Positions 29,101 to 43,989 of a stretch of 64,000 nt of DNA are shown here, piece by piece (positions within the stretch are counted from its first letter, which is position 1; each line of letters starts with the position of its first letter). A program made the translations under genes and the position numbers. Below the pieces are notes generated by a model. That model ran no database searches. It worked only from the letters and a program-made list of their open reading frames with translations, and was not told the DNA's origin. Source of the DNA: Eledone cirrhosa (lineage: Eukaryota); the NCBI GenBank assembly GCA_964016885.1, contig OZ024740.1:93992001-94056000 (forward strand). The letters run 5' to 3'.

Positions 29101-29650
29101 GAAAACGACCGCCACATAAACCACAAAAGAGGTATAGGGATTCCTTGAAAGCCTCTCTGAAAGACGCTAACATCTCTGCTGATACATGGGAGAATATTGC
29201 TGCTGATCGTAATAAATGGAGAAAACTGTATATGAGGGAAAAGTTGCCTTACAGGCATCTCGAATCGCATACGAGAAAGTAAAGCCGGATGTAAGGAAGG
29301 GCATTGCTGTTGCACTTCCAGACGGCGAGGGTCCTCCTATGGTGCTGACATGCAGCGTATGTACGAGACTCTGCCTAAGCAAAGCTGGACTCGAAAGTCA
29401 TCTTCGCAGTCATAAAGTAAGACCAGTGGTTGACTACCAGGCTGCTGTTGGAGATGCTACTCATCATGCTTGCCAAACATGTGGTAGAGAATGTAAATCA
29501 GCAGGAGGGCTCAAGCGACATGCAAAAGTACACGAACTCCAACCACAGCCGACTATTCCCAGTAAATGTTTTGGTTGCCGACTCTGTGCAAGACATTTCA
29601 GATCATTGGCTGTGCTAAAAAGCCACATTCGATCGCAGCGTTGTTAGTTG
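26120..29650 (+). mobile_element. RTE-clade LINE, near full-length single ORF (APE endonuclease + RT + three C2H2 fingers), disrupted
   Basis: APE: CWNV, DIVALSETRL, VYAPT, LGDFNAR, TWMHP, LDYVL, TDH. RT: NYRGISLL, QSGFR, FVDLTKAFDTV, GVKQG, LLYADD, YLGS. Stops at 26960 and 27527; frameshifts near 28330 and 29230. Confidence 0.95.
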
Positions 29651-29824
29651 CTATCGTGTGTGTGTGTGTAGATATGATTATGTGCGTGCGTGTGTGCATA
29701 TATATATGTATATGTATATTATTATTGTTGTTATTATTATTATTATTATTAATATTGTTATTAATGCATGTGTGTGTGTATATGTGTGTGAGTATGTGTG
29801 TGTGTGTGTGTATATATATGTATG

Positions 29825-29885
<61 letters not shown>

Positions 29886-29980
29886 TTTTTTAATTTATTT
29901 ATTTATTTATTTTTTATTTATTATTATGATTTCTTTTTCTTTCTTCTCGTGCAATTGCCATACTCGATAACGAGGGGGCA

Positions 29981-30069
<89 letters not shown>

Positions 30070-30090
30070 TGTATGTATATATATATATAT

Positions 30091-30134
<44 letters not shown>

Positions 30135-30136
<2 letters not shown>

Positions 30137-30556
30137 TATAAGATCAAAAGATGGTTAAATGAGTTCCATGTATTTTATTATGCGCATTTCAAAAACAAAT
30201 ATCATCATGTAATAACATTTGTGTTTTCATCAGATAAAATAGGAAGACATGATATGAAGGTTAAAAAACACTTGTGGATAGTGCAGTTTTAAATCAACAT
30301 ATGTTGATTTAAAACTGCACTATCCACAAGTGTTTTTTAACCTTCATATCATGTCTTCCTATTTTATCTGATGAAAACACAAATGTTATTACATGATGAT
30401 ATTTGTTTTTGAAATGCGCATAATAAAATACATGGAACTCATTTAACCTTCTTTTGTTCGTATATATTATGTATACTCCAGTCCTACAAACTGTAGAGTG
30501 CTTCTTATCCGATATCTGCATAGCTTTATTGTACTACAATAAAACCCACCTCCTAC
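30135..30556. repeat. Solo inverted pair of the family-K pLTR (centre 30300/30301) with HHRs at 30171-30241 (-) and 30360-30430 (+)
   Basis: 30301-30556 matches 24299-24555. Plus arm reads tattttat CTGATGA...GAAA tgcgca TA ataaaata. Embedded in (TA)n. Confidence 0.9.
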
Positions 30557-30560
30557 ATAT

Positions 30561-30608
<48 letters not shown>

Positions 30609-32359
30609 AGAAAAGTGTCAGGAGCTCGACAGCTGAGCTCTGCCCGTTTTCGACCGCTATATATTACATCCACTGATATGTATTCTGAACACGTGCCTAC
30701 GCTTAGCTCACATTAACGTCAACTGCAGGAATCGGTGCCAAGTTACAAAAAAGTATGATGAACAATTACTTTGAAGTTGGCAAACAATGCGATTAGTCCT
30801 AAGAATAAAACCCAAATCGTATATTGACAAATATTCGTACTTTCGTCATGCGAGTAGAGTTTATTTTGTTGATAATTGTTGGCGTTGGATTGTGGGAAGA
30901 TTAATAGGGATTAAGAAGATGTTACTTCTCCCCCATTATTAAGACTTTGCAACAGTAAACATTACATGGACTTCTTGAGAGCCAACACTTCTGGGTGATT
31001 ATCCGACTTACTATGGTGTGTTTTCTCGGATTATGTCTATTGAATTGTTTCAGTCATTTGAAGGGCTTTACAAACGGTGATATACAGGGTGCGTGAACAA
31101 TACTTGAATATGTTCACTCGATTATGATTTCTTCCATAATTGCGATGAATCCCTCAATTCTTGTTCGTGAGCGCTAAGGCAGTAAGTTTCCTATTCTTAT
31201 ACATTAGTTTGTTGAATAAGTACGATACTCCACGAGCTGAAACTTCCCCGGCTTATTCACTCTGAATGAAGAAAGCTGAATGAAAGAAGGGCATATGACT
31301 AAAACAGCCATTGAGAGTTCAAAACAAAAAAAATTGATCTGCCATAGACACAACTAGCAAAGGTTGCTATTGAAAATCCAGTATGGCACCCAATGTCACT
31401 CATATTTTTTTTGTCTAACAGTGACAGACATACAATCGACAATAATAAAGTTTCTGTGTTATTGCCCTTTGTCAAGCTTTGTGAATCCCTCTTCTCTGTC
31501 GCACACTAAAACAATTGATTGCATGTAGTGTTCGCTAAAGTATATGTATTAATTTATGTATATACTTATAATAATAAAAAAGTTTCGACCACAGATTCAT
31601 CATTTAGAAACGAAGCTAAATTATAGGTTTTCACTATTCTTAATCTCAATAGTATTATGATTTATGAATGCCAATTGTTCATGTATTATTGATTTATTGT
31701 TTTGTAATTTTTGTTATGAATTTCGGAGTTCCAACGATCTTAATTTGAGTCCCAATATAATATAGTTAAGGGACTGTTGTTGCTTCTTTTCCAATAAAAC
31801 GACTCTGATCGGAGCTGTTATTGCAAATATCTGCCTACCACATCTGTGGTTTAGTAATATATTATGTGTTTGTAATACTGCATGTATTTTCATTAAATCA
31901 AATGGTATAATTGGACGGAGATTTGATTTCCCTTTCTAGTAAATGTAGGGACATAATTACGATGCTTCACTAGATATTAATCGTGAGATTGCTAGGACTG
32001 TAGCATGTGTGGATTTTCCATCACTTGCAATAGTGTACATGATTAATTCCCAGCATATTATTTTAAAACACTTATGCTTAATATTACAGCTGCTGAAATT
32101 CCTAATCGTCACACAGAAAGACAACCTGCAACATGATTCGTATCCCCCGCCGCCCATTCTCTGTTTGTTGAGCACATACTGAGAATGCGAAGCCTTTATT
32201 TGACTAATTGTCTATTTTCCTATGCTCATGTGCTTACACATATATACATGCCTAATCTTCTCTTTAGCCGCATAATTCCCTCACAAGTGATTTCTTTATT
32301 TGACTTTTTAGGCTGTTCAAATCTACTATCATAAAACTCTCTTCATAGCATATAACATT

Positions 32360-32535
32360 ATTGGTAGAGGATCGGACTCCATGCTTTGACGCATAGAGTT
32401 ACGGCCGTTGCCATTCTGACTTCAAATCCCGCCGAGGTTAACTTTGCCATTCATCCTTACGGGGTCGATAAAATAAAGTACCAGTAATGTACCGGGTAAT
32501 TGCTGGCCTTGTGCCAAAAGTAAAAATAATTATTA
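32360..32535 (+). mobile_element. tRNA-derived SINE with Deu/Nin-like core; further copies 35452-35612 (-), 41425-41480 (+, fragment), 42295-42470 (+)
   Basis: B-box-like ttcaaatccc followed by gccgaggttaactttgccattcatccttacggggtcgataaaataaagtaccag, repeated six times in the window. Confidence 0.75.
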
Positions 32536-35500
32536 GCTATCAATAACAGTCACCTGTCACCATATTTCATACACCATTTCAAATTAGATATTACTCCACA
32601 GAAATGTTAAAAAGTATGATTATACTGTGATCAAACAAATCCAAACACAAGACAAGAACAACAAATAATATAATCTTCCATGATTTTAACTGTGTAACGA
32701 CCACGCATATAGTGTATCATGACCACGAAACTCATGCGTAACAAAATTCAGGGTGCGCTTATGAAATACTTACAATTTTTAAAGATCTCCGCTCATATAT
32801 TTTACAGGTCACAAATTACAAAAAAAAAAAAAAAAATTATATTCAGCTAGTCCTTTGAAAATTTACAGTAAAAATTTACACAACGTGAAAAACATATTAA
32901 TGTCCCTTTTCTTTGAATAATTTTATGGGAAAGCCAAATTCATTTTCATAGTAACCCTCTCCCAGAATTTACAACAATTCTTTCCTCCTCTGCTGTTTTC
33001 ATCGTAGCTATCCGTTATTATATTTAAGTTTCTTTCTTTTTTCTGATATTTTGAATTGTCTTTATTATTTTATCTTTCTAATCCCATTAAAACAATGGTA
33101 TTCTTCAGTCAGTCAACCGTTTCCTCTTGTCAACCGCCCTTAGCCTGCTATCCATCAAGCTGAACACTAATTCATACTGAACGGTTTCAATAATCTCAGT
33201 CTGTTGTTATCATTTCCGTCAATCCATTCATAATATCTTGATAATGTTTTATTGCTTCTCGCTTAGAATGTTCTTTGTGAGCTATTTGTCCTGATATTGG
33301 TTATTAATTTTCGACTTTTCCTTCTTTTATTCTTTCTTTTATATTGTCATTTCCTTTTCCTATAAAATTTTCGCTTTATTGTTTTCTGTTTTACTTCTTA
33401 TATTAATTTTCCTAACTTCATTCACATACACCTGCCTCCTTGCATCTATGCAGATATCTTGTTTCCTCTATTGCTATTAGCTACCAATAATATTCTCCAT
33501 GTTATCTTTCATAACTTAATGTGTCTCATTTTTCATTTTTATTCCTTCTTCACATCCATCTAAGTTATCATTTAATTGAAGCATTCACTACTCCTATACC
33601 CATGCAATTAACTCTATTCTTTTATCCTTACTATCCGAAAGGCCACCCATATACGTGTATGCATGTTTTCATGTATACACACGTGTGTTTTATTCAGATA
33701 TATTGACATGTGAACAGTAAACGGAACGTCGTGACATGAACAATTGATTGCTTTTTGAAAAAAATAAAAACACTTGAAAATTCATGATAAGTTCTCTAGT
33801 ATCTTGGTGTGTGCATGAAACTATAGGATTTCTTCTGAACACATTTGAAAGCAAGGTGTGATTGTTTTGATCTATCAAAAAATCAAATGCAATTACCTGA
33901 ACATTAGATCTTAGGTTACTCTGATGTATAAAAATGCTATTTCCTAAATTATCTTACCAGCTTTATGTATGTGTCAGAACATGTTTGTTTCAGAGTAGCT
34001 AAATACATTTTATTTCAATCGTATATCCGTTGATGTAAATCTATGTAAAAACACATCAACCGGAGCCTCATTACACAATTTATTTCGGAGATCTGGAACG
34101 GATCCACATTTCCTCATTACAACATATGAGAGAAATCATAGTGATGGGCCAGAAAATGTTTAGCGTTCAATTATTATTTATTTATTTTTTGCAATTGATC
34201 TGTGGTGTTTCACAATAACAATTTTGTTTTCTTTATTGTATGCTACCTTCGGATTATGAGCATAGTCAGGGAAATTATTTCCTCATGTAATCGAAACCAG
34301 CTAATTTATTTCGTGACATTAAACTGATGAATTGGCAAATAACTATAATTATTTGGCCAAACATGTATCTGCTTATTTTTAGTTTTCCCATGATGAAAGA
34401 TTTTACGTTTCATGTAATCTAAACGGTCCAGGTTTTTCACAAAATAAAGATCATGTATATTAGTATTTGTTCCTAATATCACATAAAGTTGTAGAAGATA
34501 TGAGAGGTAGCTGTTAACCAGACAGAGATCGGTTTGAGTGATAAGTGATATTTTTTTATGAGATAATTCATTCCATGTCTTCTTTGATCGAATTTAATAT
34601 ATATTCATATCATGTTAAACATCTGTTATAAATATTCATTAGGTATACATTATGAATAGCTTAAACGCGTTGAGGATAATGACATTTAGAAGGAAGATTT
34701 GGACTGGAATTGTTATTATCATTAAGGGAACATCAGTTTAGTTTCCAATTATTTATATTATATTTCTGTTTCATATGTCAAATTAAAAGATTGTTTGGAT
34801 TTTACAATGCTAAGGTAGAAATTGGAAAATCATCAAGCCTTACAATTCTTATATATAACATATATTTTCATATATTTTCACTAAACGTTTGGTTTCTGCA
34901 AGGAATAAGATACTTCCTTACAAATAAGGCTCAAGCTGTAACTCAAGGAAAATATATATTCTGCAACATTCTCTAGAAAATATTATGTTCTGCTATTATA
35001 TTTATTTCTATCTTGATTATTAGATAATTGGTAACATTTTCTCATATGACATATTCATATAGCTGTAGTAATATATTCGCAACATTCACGAGCCTTATCT
35101 TAATTTCATTTTCGCTGAAAGACATAAGTCCAACCGCATAAATGCGGTTTAAAGAATAATATGCAAGGCAATATATTTATAAGAAGTTATACCACCTATA
35201 CAGAACACATGGACACTTTCTTTAAATATCATACGGTGCATTAAAAAATGTCAGGTTTGTGAATATTGTCTGAAATGAACTTCATGAAAAATATAATGTT
35301 AAAATGCATAATATTTGAAAGAATGTGAGCATGTGCTCATTGCATTTATTATGTCGGGTGCTCTAAAAAATCTAATTTCTACATATTAATAAGCTAAAAT
35401 TAAAATCTTTAAAAATATAATTCTTAACTATTACCTAATATATATATATATAATTGTTTCTACTTTTGGAACAGTGCATTACTGGTACTTTATTTTATCG

Positions 35501-35704
35501 AACCCGTAAGATGAAAGGCAAAGTTAACCTTGGTGGGATTTGACCTCAGAATGGTAAGGGCCGTAACTCAATGTATGGCGTCCGACAGTCTACCGATACT
35601 GCCAATCCAACGCACTTATAATATACATATATATATATATATAATGAATTGTGTTAACTCAGTACAGCCAAGTCTAATGCATATAGCTATAGGTCGCCTT
35701 CGAT

Positions 35705-35894
35705 ATTACTTCATTAACAAATACGGACCCCGTCTAAACACTTCTCCCTAAGACGAACCCACAACATACACACGTCAACATACATACCTACATCAGCACA
35801 CATCTCTACCCACATATAAACACAATGACACACGTAAACACACATGCTCTATAGTGCAATACAAAAAAAATATATGTGCATATATATGTATGTA

Positions 35895-35933
<39 letters not shown>

Positions 35934-36160
35934 AATATATGTATGTGTGTATATATATATATAGTGAATATCATTTCACACCTTTTATTGTTAAGATTTT
36001 TGATGTTCTATTAAGAGAACCGATTTTACTGAAAAAATCGAATAATGTACACCATTTTACCAGGGGGAAAAAAATACTGGTCCACCCACCCACACACACA
36101 CACACACACACATATATACACAAACACATACACACGCGTACATCAACATACAAAGAGACT

Positions 36161-36195
<35 letters not shown>

Positions 36196-36262
36196 TTCTC
36201 CGTATAAGACAAAAGCTGAAAAATATCTTTTGACCTTCGAATGACTCTGCTATATACAAACA

Positions 36263-36297
<35 letters not shown>

Positions 36298-36409
36298 ATC
36301 TTAATAGCCATTTGATACACATCGCTACTGGCCATTGTCGCAGCATCGGACACCTTACTACTACTACTACACACACACACAAACACATATACACACACAC
36401 ACACACACA

Positions 36410-36484
<75 letters not shown>

Positions 36485-36961
36485 TTGTTGTGAAAGAGTC
36501 ATTTCTCAATCTTGGCGCAAAACCAATCTTTTATCCACATGATCTCTACCGACCAATCAAAATTGTTTTGACCAAGAATTTTTGCTGGAGCCATTTTTTT
36601 AACATTTTAACATAAAAACAGTCTTGGCGCAAAATCAACTTTTTACATACACATGACCTCTACCGACAAATCAAAATTGTTTTGACCACAAGCATTTTTG
36701 CAACACAAAAATAACGCTGGAGCCACTTTTTTAACATAAAAACAGGTAGAATTCCCAAAACTAATCAGATCAGAGCAAACAGCACGGACACTCTCTCTCA
36801 AAATTATTTTTGAAAAGCATTTAGAAATGCGCAACCGGTAAAAACTTCAAAACTTAAAACCACAACTGAATACTAACCCATACAATCACTAATACTCTTT
36901 TATTCCTAATTAAACCATTTTTCAACTGTGAACAATTTGTCAGCATTTTCTATTCCGTTTA

Positions 36962-36965
<4 letters not shown>
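35705..36965 (+). mobile_element. 3' fragment (endonuclease tail + pLTR) of the Neptune family
   Basis: YFINKYGPRLNTSP* followed by the same UTR/pLTR as 12600-13615; ends at (TA)n. Confidence 0.9.
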
Positions 36966-37042
<77 letters not shown>

Positions 37043-37045
<3 letters not shown>

Positions 37046-38400
37046 AACGAGTAGGACCGCGAATGCTGAGCTCAAGCTGTTTCGACGGCTAATTCTGGAC
37101 TAAATGAACATTTTTATCCTGGTATATGAATAGCCGAGCTTCTCAGGGGGTAATTCCATATATGGTAAAAGTGATTGTCACAAGGATTGGTCAAGAGTAT
37201 GTTGTTGAGACACATAATTCTATCATGACAATTTGTGGAGGGAAGGAAGGGGTAGCTGAACCTGCCAGTAGAATAAAGCGGGAGAGGGGGTGGAGGAAAC
37301 CCAGTCGTGCCTTGATAGTGCCAACTACAGCTGGGCAGGAGGTCAAAGAAGTATACTAGGGAGGGGGAGGGGGAGGGGGAGTCGAAACTATATGGAGTAA
37401 ATATATATAAAAATACCCAGAATGTTAAAACAATTAAATGTAAAAAACAATTTCTGGTTACTATAACCTAAGGACAGCTATCAAGTCTCTCACTGGTACT
37501 GCTAGACTAAAGAAAGGTTTACTAAGTGGGACGGAATTATAATGAGACCCTTTTAAGAGGTATAAGTAATCAACCGAGTATATCTTACTGTGACGGGTCA
37601 GCAAGTGGGGGGCCAAAATACTAAAGAAACTACCACGAAATAATAATTCAGAGTCCCGAGACCAATACGAAATAAAGGTTTCTACCTCAGGCACAAGGCC
37701 AGCAACCACCCAGTGGCAAAAAAAAAAAACTAATATGAAATAATAATTCAGAATCCCGAAAAAGAATACTAATAATATATCTAAGGGTGCCGCCACGATA
37801 CAAGCATTGTAGTGCAAACTACATAAATGCTCGTACGAAGTATATGAAACATTTTATACGGAAAATTAATTCAGAACCCCCCCCCCCCCCAAAAAAAAAA
37901 AATACTGATATAGGAGAAATTAAGCAAATATACCACTAATAAATATAGAAAGCACGGAAAAGGGGCAGCCATCGGATAAGAACGCAAGTATCCGGGGTCT
38001 AACACATATGATATAAAAAGCAGAGTCGGCCAAATCTATCATAGAATAAGGGAAGGGGGTGGGGTTACTGAGGCTCCAAATGGTGGGCGAGAAAGTAAAA
38101 AGGACGACGACAAAGAAAGAGGGCTGAGGTGGAAGGATTAGGGAGGGATGGGGGAAGAGGGAAATATAGAGGAAGCGATAAAAAGATATAAGAGAAGATC
38201 TTACGTCTACCTTTGCCAGCAGGGTTACCCATTACAAAATCGGGAAGTGGGGTGTTATAGCCCTAGTCTCTCCCCACCCACCCCGGGTCATTATGGGGTT
38301 TGAGGGCGAGGTATGTCCTACGCAATCTGTGTTTACATGCAGTTACCAGTTCATCTTTCTTGTTTAGGAGTTGGTCCGTCGAAAACAGCATTTGTAAAGT
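37043..38400 (-). mobile_element. 3' fragment of a Hydra-type PLE related to 55311-59560
   Basis: ETLQMLFSTDQLLNKKDELVTACKHRLRRTYL on the minus strand; the UTR aligns by eye with 55311-56520. Confidence 0.85.
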
Positions 38401-38941
38401 TTCCCCCGAGCATAAATGTTCGGTGAATCCGTACGTACATATATATATGTGTTCATGTATGTATATATATATACATATTACTGTACGTCTGTATACATAT
38501 ATGTATGTACGTGTACATACTTATATTTAACTAACAGCCGTACCAAGAGTGGGAAATGAAATTTCGTTTCATTTTTTACGTTTATCGTTTTTGGTGCAAC
38601 CGGCCGATTAACCCACTCGATATGCAAATTGGGCTACTCAGCCGTTAATATGCATAAGGTAAGTATATACGTTCAACAATCTGGCAGGAAGGTATACGTT
38701 GCTGACGATAGCTAATAAGCTTGACACTAGTACAGCTTTCCTTTGTCAGTGTTGAACAAACGACCAACGATGGTTGCTAGACACTACGGCTTAATACGGG
38801 ATATTTGTTTACAAACGCACCAAGCATTATAATACATGTTCGGTGAATCCATACGTACATATATATATATGTGTGCATGTATGTAGATATATTGACATAC
38901 CACTGTACGTATTTATACATATATGTATGTACGTGTACATA

Positions 38942-38983
<42 letters not shown>

Positions 38984-39098
38984 AATACATATTTACCTAC
39001 ATAAATATGTATATATATATATGTATATATGTATATATATATATATATTTCCATACATAAAAATATATGTCTTTATATATGTATATATATATATATAT

Positions 39099-39215
<117 letters not shown>

Positions 39216-39238
39216 CAAATATATATTTATATACATAA

Positions 39239-39306
<68 letters not shown>

Positions 39307-40355
39307 CATATATATATACATATATATATATGAGAGACGTAAAATAAGAAAATTATAAAATTAACTTACTTACTAAAATATCACTTCCAACTAATTAGTT
39401 TCTGGAATGGAATAAATATATTTTCCGAAGAAGATACTGAGAAGCATTCCGTCGTCTGGGAAGTCTATTCTCATCTAAGTATCCAGGCAAAGCGTGGACA
39501 CTGGAAACTTATTAAAAAATAATTCAGTGGATAGAAAATAGCAAAGCGTGGACTGAATTCCTAGCCATTGAGAAAATCACTGCCTCTGCGTCGGTGGCAA
39601 ATTCAAAAAGAATCAATCACGTGACATCGAGGTCAATCAGTGGAAAGTGGTTTGCTAATAAGATAGCGGCCTGCCTGCTACCATAGCAACAGTCATGGCC
39701 AATATTGCTCGACAAATAATTTGGAGATAATTATAAAGAATTAATATCTAGTAACATATATACATACAGATGCATATCAATGCTAGCAAATATATAGGTT
39801 TTGGCTTAGTAACATTGTGGTTCAATGCATGGGGTTGCAGAACAATAATATGAGAGACGTAAAATAAGAAAATTATAAAATTAACTTACTTACTAAAGCA
39901 GGCAGGCCGCTGTCTTATTAGCAAACCACTTTCCACTGATTGACCTCGATGTCACGTGATTGATTCTTTTTGAATTTGCCACCGACGCAGAGGCAGTGAT
40001 TTTCTCAATGGCTAGGAATTCAGTCCACGCTTTGCTATTTTCTATCCACTGAATTATTTTTTAATAAGTTTCCAGTGTCCACGCTTTGCCTGGATACTTA
40101 GATGAGAATAGACTTCCCTGACGACGAAAGGCCTCTCTGTATCTTCTTCGGAAAATATATTTATTCCATTCCAGAATCTAATTAGTTGGAAGTGATATTT
40201 TAGTAAGTAAGTTAATTTTATAATTTTCTTATTTTACGTCTCTCATATTATTGTTCTGCAACCTCATGCATTGAACCACAAAGTTACTAAGACAAAACCT
40301 ATATATTTGCTAGCATTGATATGCATCTGTATGTATATATGTTACTAGATATTAA

Positions 40356-40402
<47 letters not shown>

Positions 40403-41837
40403 TACATATACAAATATATATTTACATACATAAATATATCTGTTAGAACACGAAAAGTGTGAAACAACAGAATGTTCACTTTTCGTGTTCTAACATATAT
40501 GCCTAGCTTCTTTAAAAAATTTTCGGGGATAGCCGTGGTGGTGATCGTATGTCATTGGCTAATTTTCAACCAATCAGAGTACCTCTCTCTATATCTCTTC
40601 CACTGTTACTTACGCCTGTTTCTCTCTATCTGCTCCGTCTCTATATATATCTCTTACTCTTTCGCTTTGCACTCCTCCCCTTCAATACCATCTCTCCCCC
40701 TCTCTATATATTTGTTACTCTATCGCTGCACGCTCCTCTCCTTCAATATATCAATTACACACGCTTTACACTCCTTTATCCCCAGCGCCCCTATATATAT
40801 ACACCCCCCCTCTCCCGCATCTATATTTTAATGTACCGTTGCACCGTGAATATATGTGTCTATATATATATACATATATATTGTATATACACATTCATGT
40901 ATGTGTATACACACTCATGTATGTATATACACTGGTTTTATGTGTGTATTGTAAATTTGTACTGTTAAAACACGAAACTAACATTCGATTGACACTTTGA
41001 TTACCTGTACAGGCAATAGTTATTAGAATGCTGTTGAAGTGTGTATATATTTTTGGGGGACATCCTGTATATACACACATTATATATAATACAATAAACA
41101 GATAAATACACACATATATATATGAGCTTATTTAATTATAAATATTGTGAATTTTTAACTCAGTTCAATTATATATATAAATGGCTTCTACAGGACTAGA
41201 ACTGTTTCATTCGAAAGAAATCATCATAATATTGAGAGGGGGGACTAGATCAAATATTTCAAATCAAATGTGTATAAGTTATAAGTTAAAATGTATAAAT
41301 AGAGACGATAGTGGAGGTATATCTGTTTAGTGGAACAGTAGACGATAGAATTAAATACAGACGAGAATCTCCCTTTAATGAAACAGCAGACGATAGAATT
41401 AAGGCAATTTAAATTTTAAGCATTTGCATTTTTGCCTTTCATCGTTACGGGGTCGATAAAATAAAGTACCAGTAATACACTGTCACTAGACGACTTTCAA
41501 ATTGAATTGTTGGTTCCATTTCTTTAGTATTTTCAATTGTAGTTATCTACTTAAAAAGCGTTACACGGTTAGAGACATAATTCGTAAGTTATATCTTCCC
41601 TATTAAACCATTGCATTATTTCGCCTACAATAGAACAAAATGAAATGTTCTTTAAAGAAACAGGAATATAACTTTATAAAAAAAAAAGTTGCATCCGCTT
41701 CTTTTATCATTGATAATTTTTTCGTTTTAATATTAATTGTTTTTTGTAGTTGTTTATATTAAAAATCTTACTGTAATATTTACTTAAACGAAGGCAAACA
41801 TCTAAACTTATAGATTAATCTTGAGCGAAGGACTAGA

Positions 41838-41906
<69 letters not shown>

Positions 41907-43020
41907 GAAGAATGATAAAATTTCAAGCAAAGAGTTTAATTAGGTATATTTTGTAATATTATTAACTAATTATTATAATTAACGCGCATATTTTGCTATC
42001 CTCAAACACGTTTACACATGGCATGAAATATAACTAATCCGAGATGGCTAGGTTTCATCTTCTAACTGGATATACGAAATCCATTATGTCTTGACAACAA
42101 CATGAGGTAACATTATGTTATTCACAGACACACTTTGTACACTGTTCCATATCAGAATGTATTTCCTTCGTCACATTCACAAACAGTATTGAAAATATGT
42201 TCTTCGGCAAATAAAAATGTTTTGTTCATAATATTTCAACTAGCGATTGCTCTACTCCACGCACGACCACCATAAATTAATGACCAGCTCAACACAAGTA
42301 TTGGTAGAGCGTCAGACACCATGATTTGCAGTATTGTTATGGTCCTTTGCATTCTAAGTTCAAATCCTGCCGAGGTTAACTTCGACTTTCATACTTACTA
42401 ATTCGATAAAATAAAGTACCAGTAATGGACTGCCGTAATGGATTTGTGCCGAAAAATAGAAACACTATTAATGTGCAATAAGAGCAAAATATAACGACAT
42501 TGCTCAATTATTTTATCTAATGTTGTAATAACACAAGGAAATGTTGTTTGTGTATTTTTTTTTATATTTGCTCATAGGCTTTTACAATTTCGCTCAGCCA
42601 ACAACTATTAAAAAGTGAGTTGCTTAAGATAACAATTTAATCACAAATTGTTGCTATCTTTTAATACACTCCAACAAGTCATCAAATTATGTATAATAAA
42701 AACAAATCTTATTAATTTGCTCAGGGAATATAAAGAAAATGTATATACACTGATAATTGCAATTGTATGTAAATATTTTGTTTTTGTATTGTATATTTTA
42801 TGTTTTCTATTATGTATAATATATTGATTTAATATTGATTGTTTTTTGTAGTTGTTTATATTAAAAGTCTGAAAATATTTTTATACATCTTACACTAATA
42901 TTTATAAGATAATTTATAATAACAATTACATAATCTAATTACATTACAACGATAATGTATTATTAATATATATCCTGTTTAACTAGAGTTATTACAGGCG
43001 TTGCCTTAAAAAAATATTAA

Positions 43021-43974
43021 ACTAGACATGAAAAATGCGCAAGCTCAAAAGTGCCACAGAATGTTATAATAACCTTCAAAAGTGTGGGACTAGAGTTGTT
43101 GCTAAAAAATATTGTAATCATTATATATCGTACATTCTGTGGCATCCTTTATAAAAATAGCTTAAACCAACGAAGCCTTTATTTTTACGCTATTTCACTT
43201 AGTTAATTCTTAGAGTGTAACATATAAAAATAAATACATCTATGTTTAATGTAATAACAGCTATAAATAATTACGTAATATTATTATCATATACTCATAG
43301 TAACAAAATAATTGTGTTGAAACTTAATATGATGCTTATATGAACGATCAAATCTATAATGATAATTTCTTAAATATACTAATAGTAAAATAATTTAGTT
43401 ATCTATTGTTACATTTTCATAGAACTATAATATTAACAATCGTATTGCATTATCAAATTTTTATCACTACAAACTTTCATATTGGAATTACCTTAAGCCA
43501 CTTATTATTACTTCGCTTTCGTACTTTTACAGCTGTAGATATTGCGCTGTATCTTATATCTAATATCAATATCTCGTGGTAATTTGCATGAAGTGTAAAA
43601 TAGGTTTATTAATAACTTTAATATGAAATGTATTATACAGGGCTGCGGAGTTGGCCAAAAATTGACTGGCTCCAACTCAGGATCCGATACTCCATTATTT
43701 CCTAAATTTCAGCTCCGCAGCTCTGTTATTATATTAATTAATTTATTTTATAGTTGTAAATCATATTTTTATGTTACACTCTAAGAATTAACTAAGTGAA
43801 ATAGCGTAAAAATAAAGGCTTCGTTGGTTTAAGCTATTTTTATAAAGGATGCCACAGAATGTACGATATATAATGATTACAATATTTTTTAGCAACAACT
43901 CTAGTCCCACACTTTTGAAGGTTTATTATAACATTCTGTGGCACTTTTGAGCTTGCGCATTTTTCATGTCTAGT
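43021..43974. mobile_element. Foldback/MITE-like element with ~210-bp terminal inverted repeats
   Basis: 43021-43232 is the near-exact reverse complement of 43763-43974 (actagacatgaaaaatgcgc...gcgcatttttcatgtctagt). Confidence 0.8.
43638..43725. mobile_element. 88-bp hAT-like MITE nested in the foldback element
   Basis: TIRs cagggctgcggag / ctccgcagctctg; flanks gtattata / ttattata give a 7-of-8 target-site duplication. Confidence 0.7.
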
Positions 43975-43989
43975 ATATATATATATATA

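Noticed and set aside
28761-29315. Antisense ORFs overlapping the RTE and PLE coding regions
   Set aside because: Shadows of the sense retroelement frames with no independent motifs.
30700-35400. Unique AT-rich stretch as possible host exons (e.g. ORFs 31957-32175, 34710-34976)
   Set aside because: No recognisable protein motif or convincing splice-site pair; small exons cannot be excluded without RNA-seq.
40441-40495. 19-bp inverted repeat tgttagaacacgaaaagtg / cacttttcgtgttctaaca
   Set aside because: Too short and isolated to assign; probably the inverted end of another truncated repeat.
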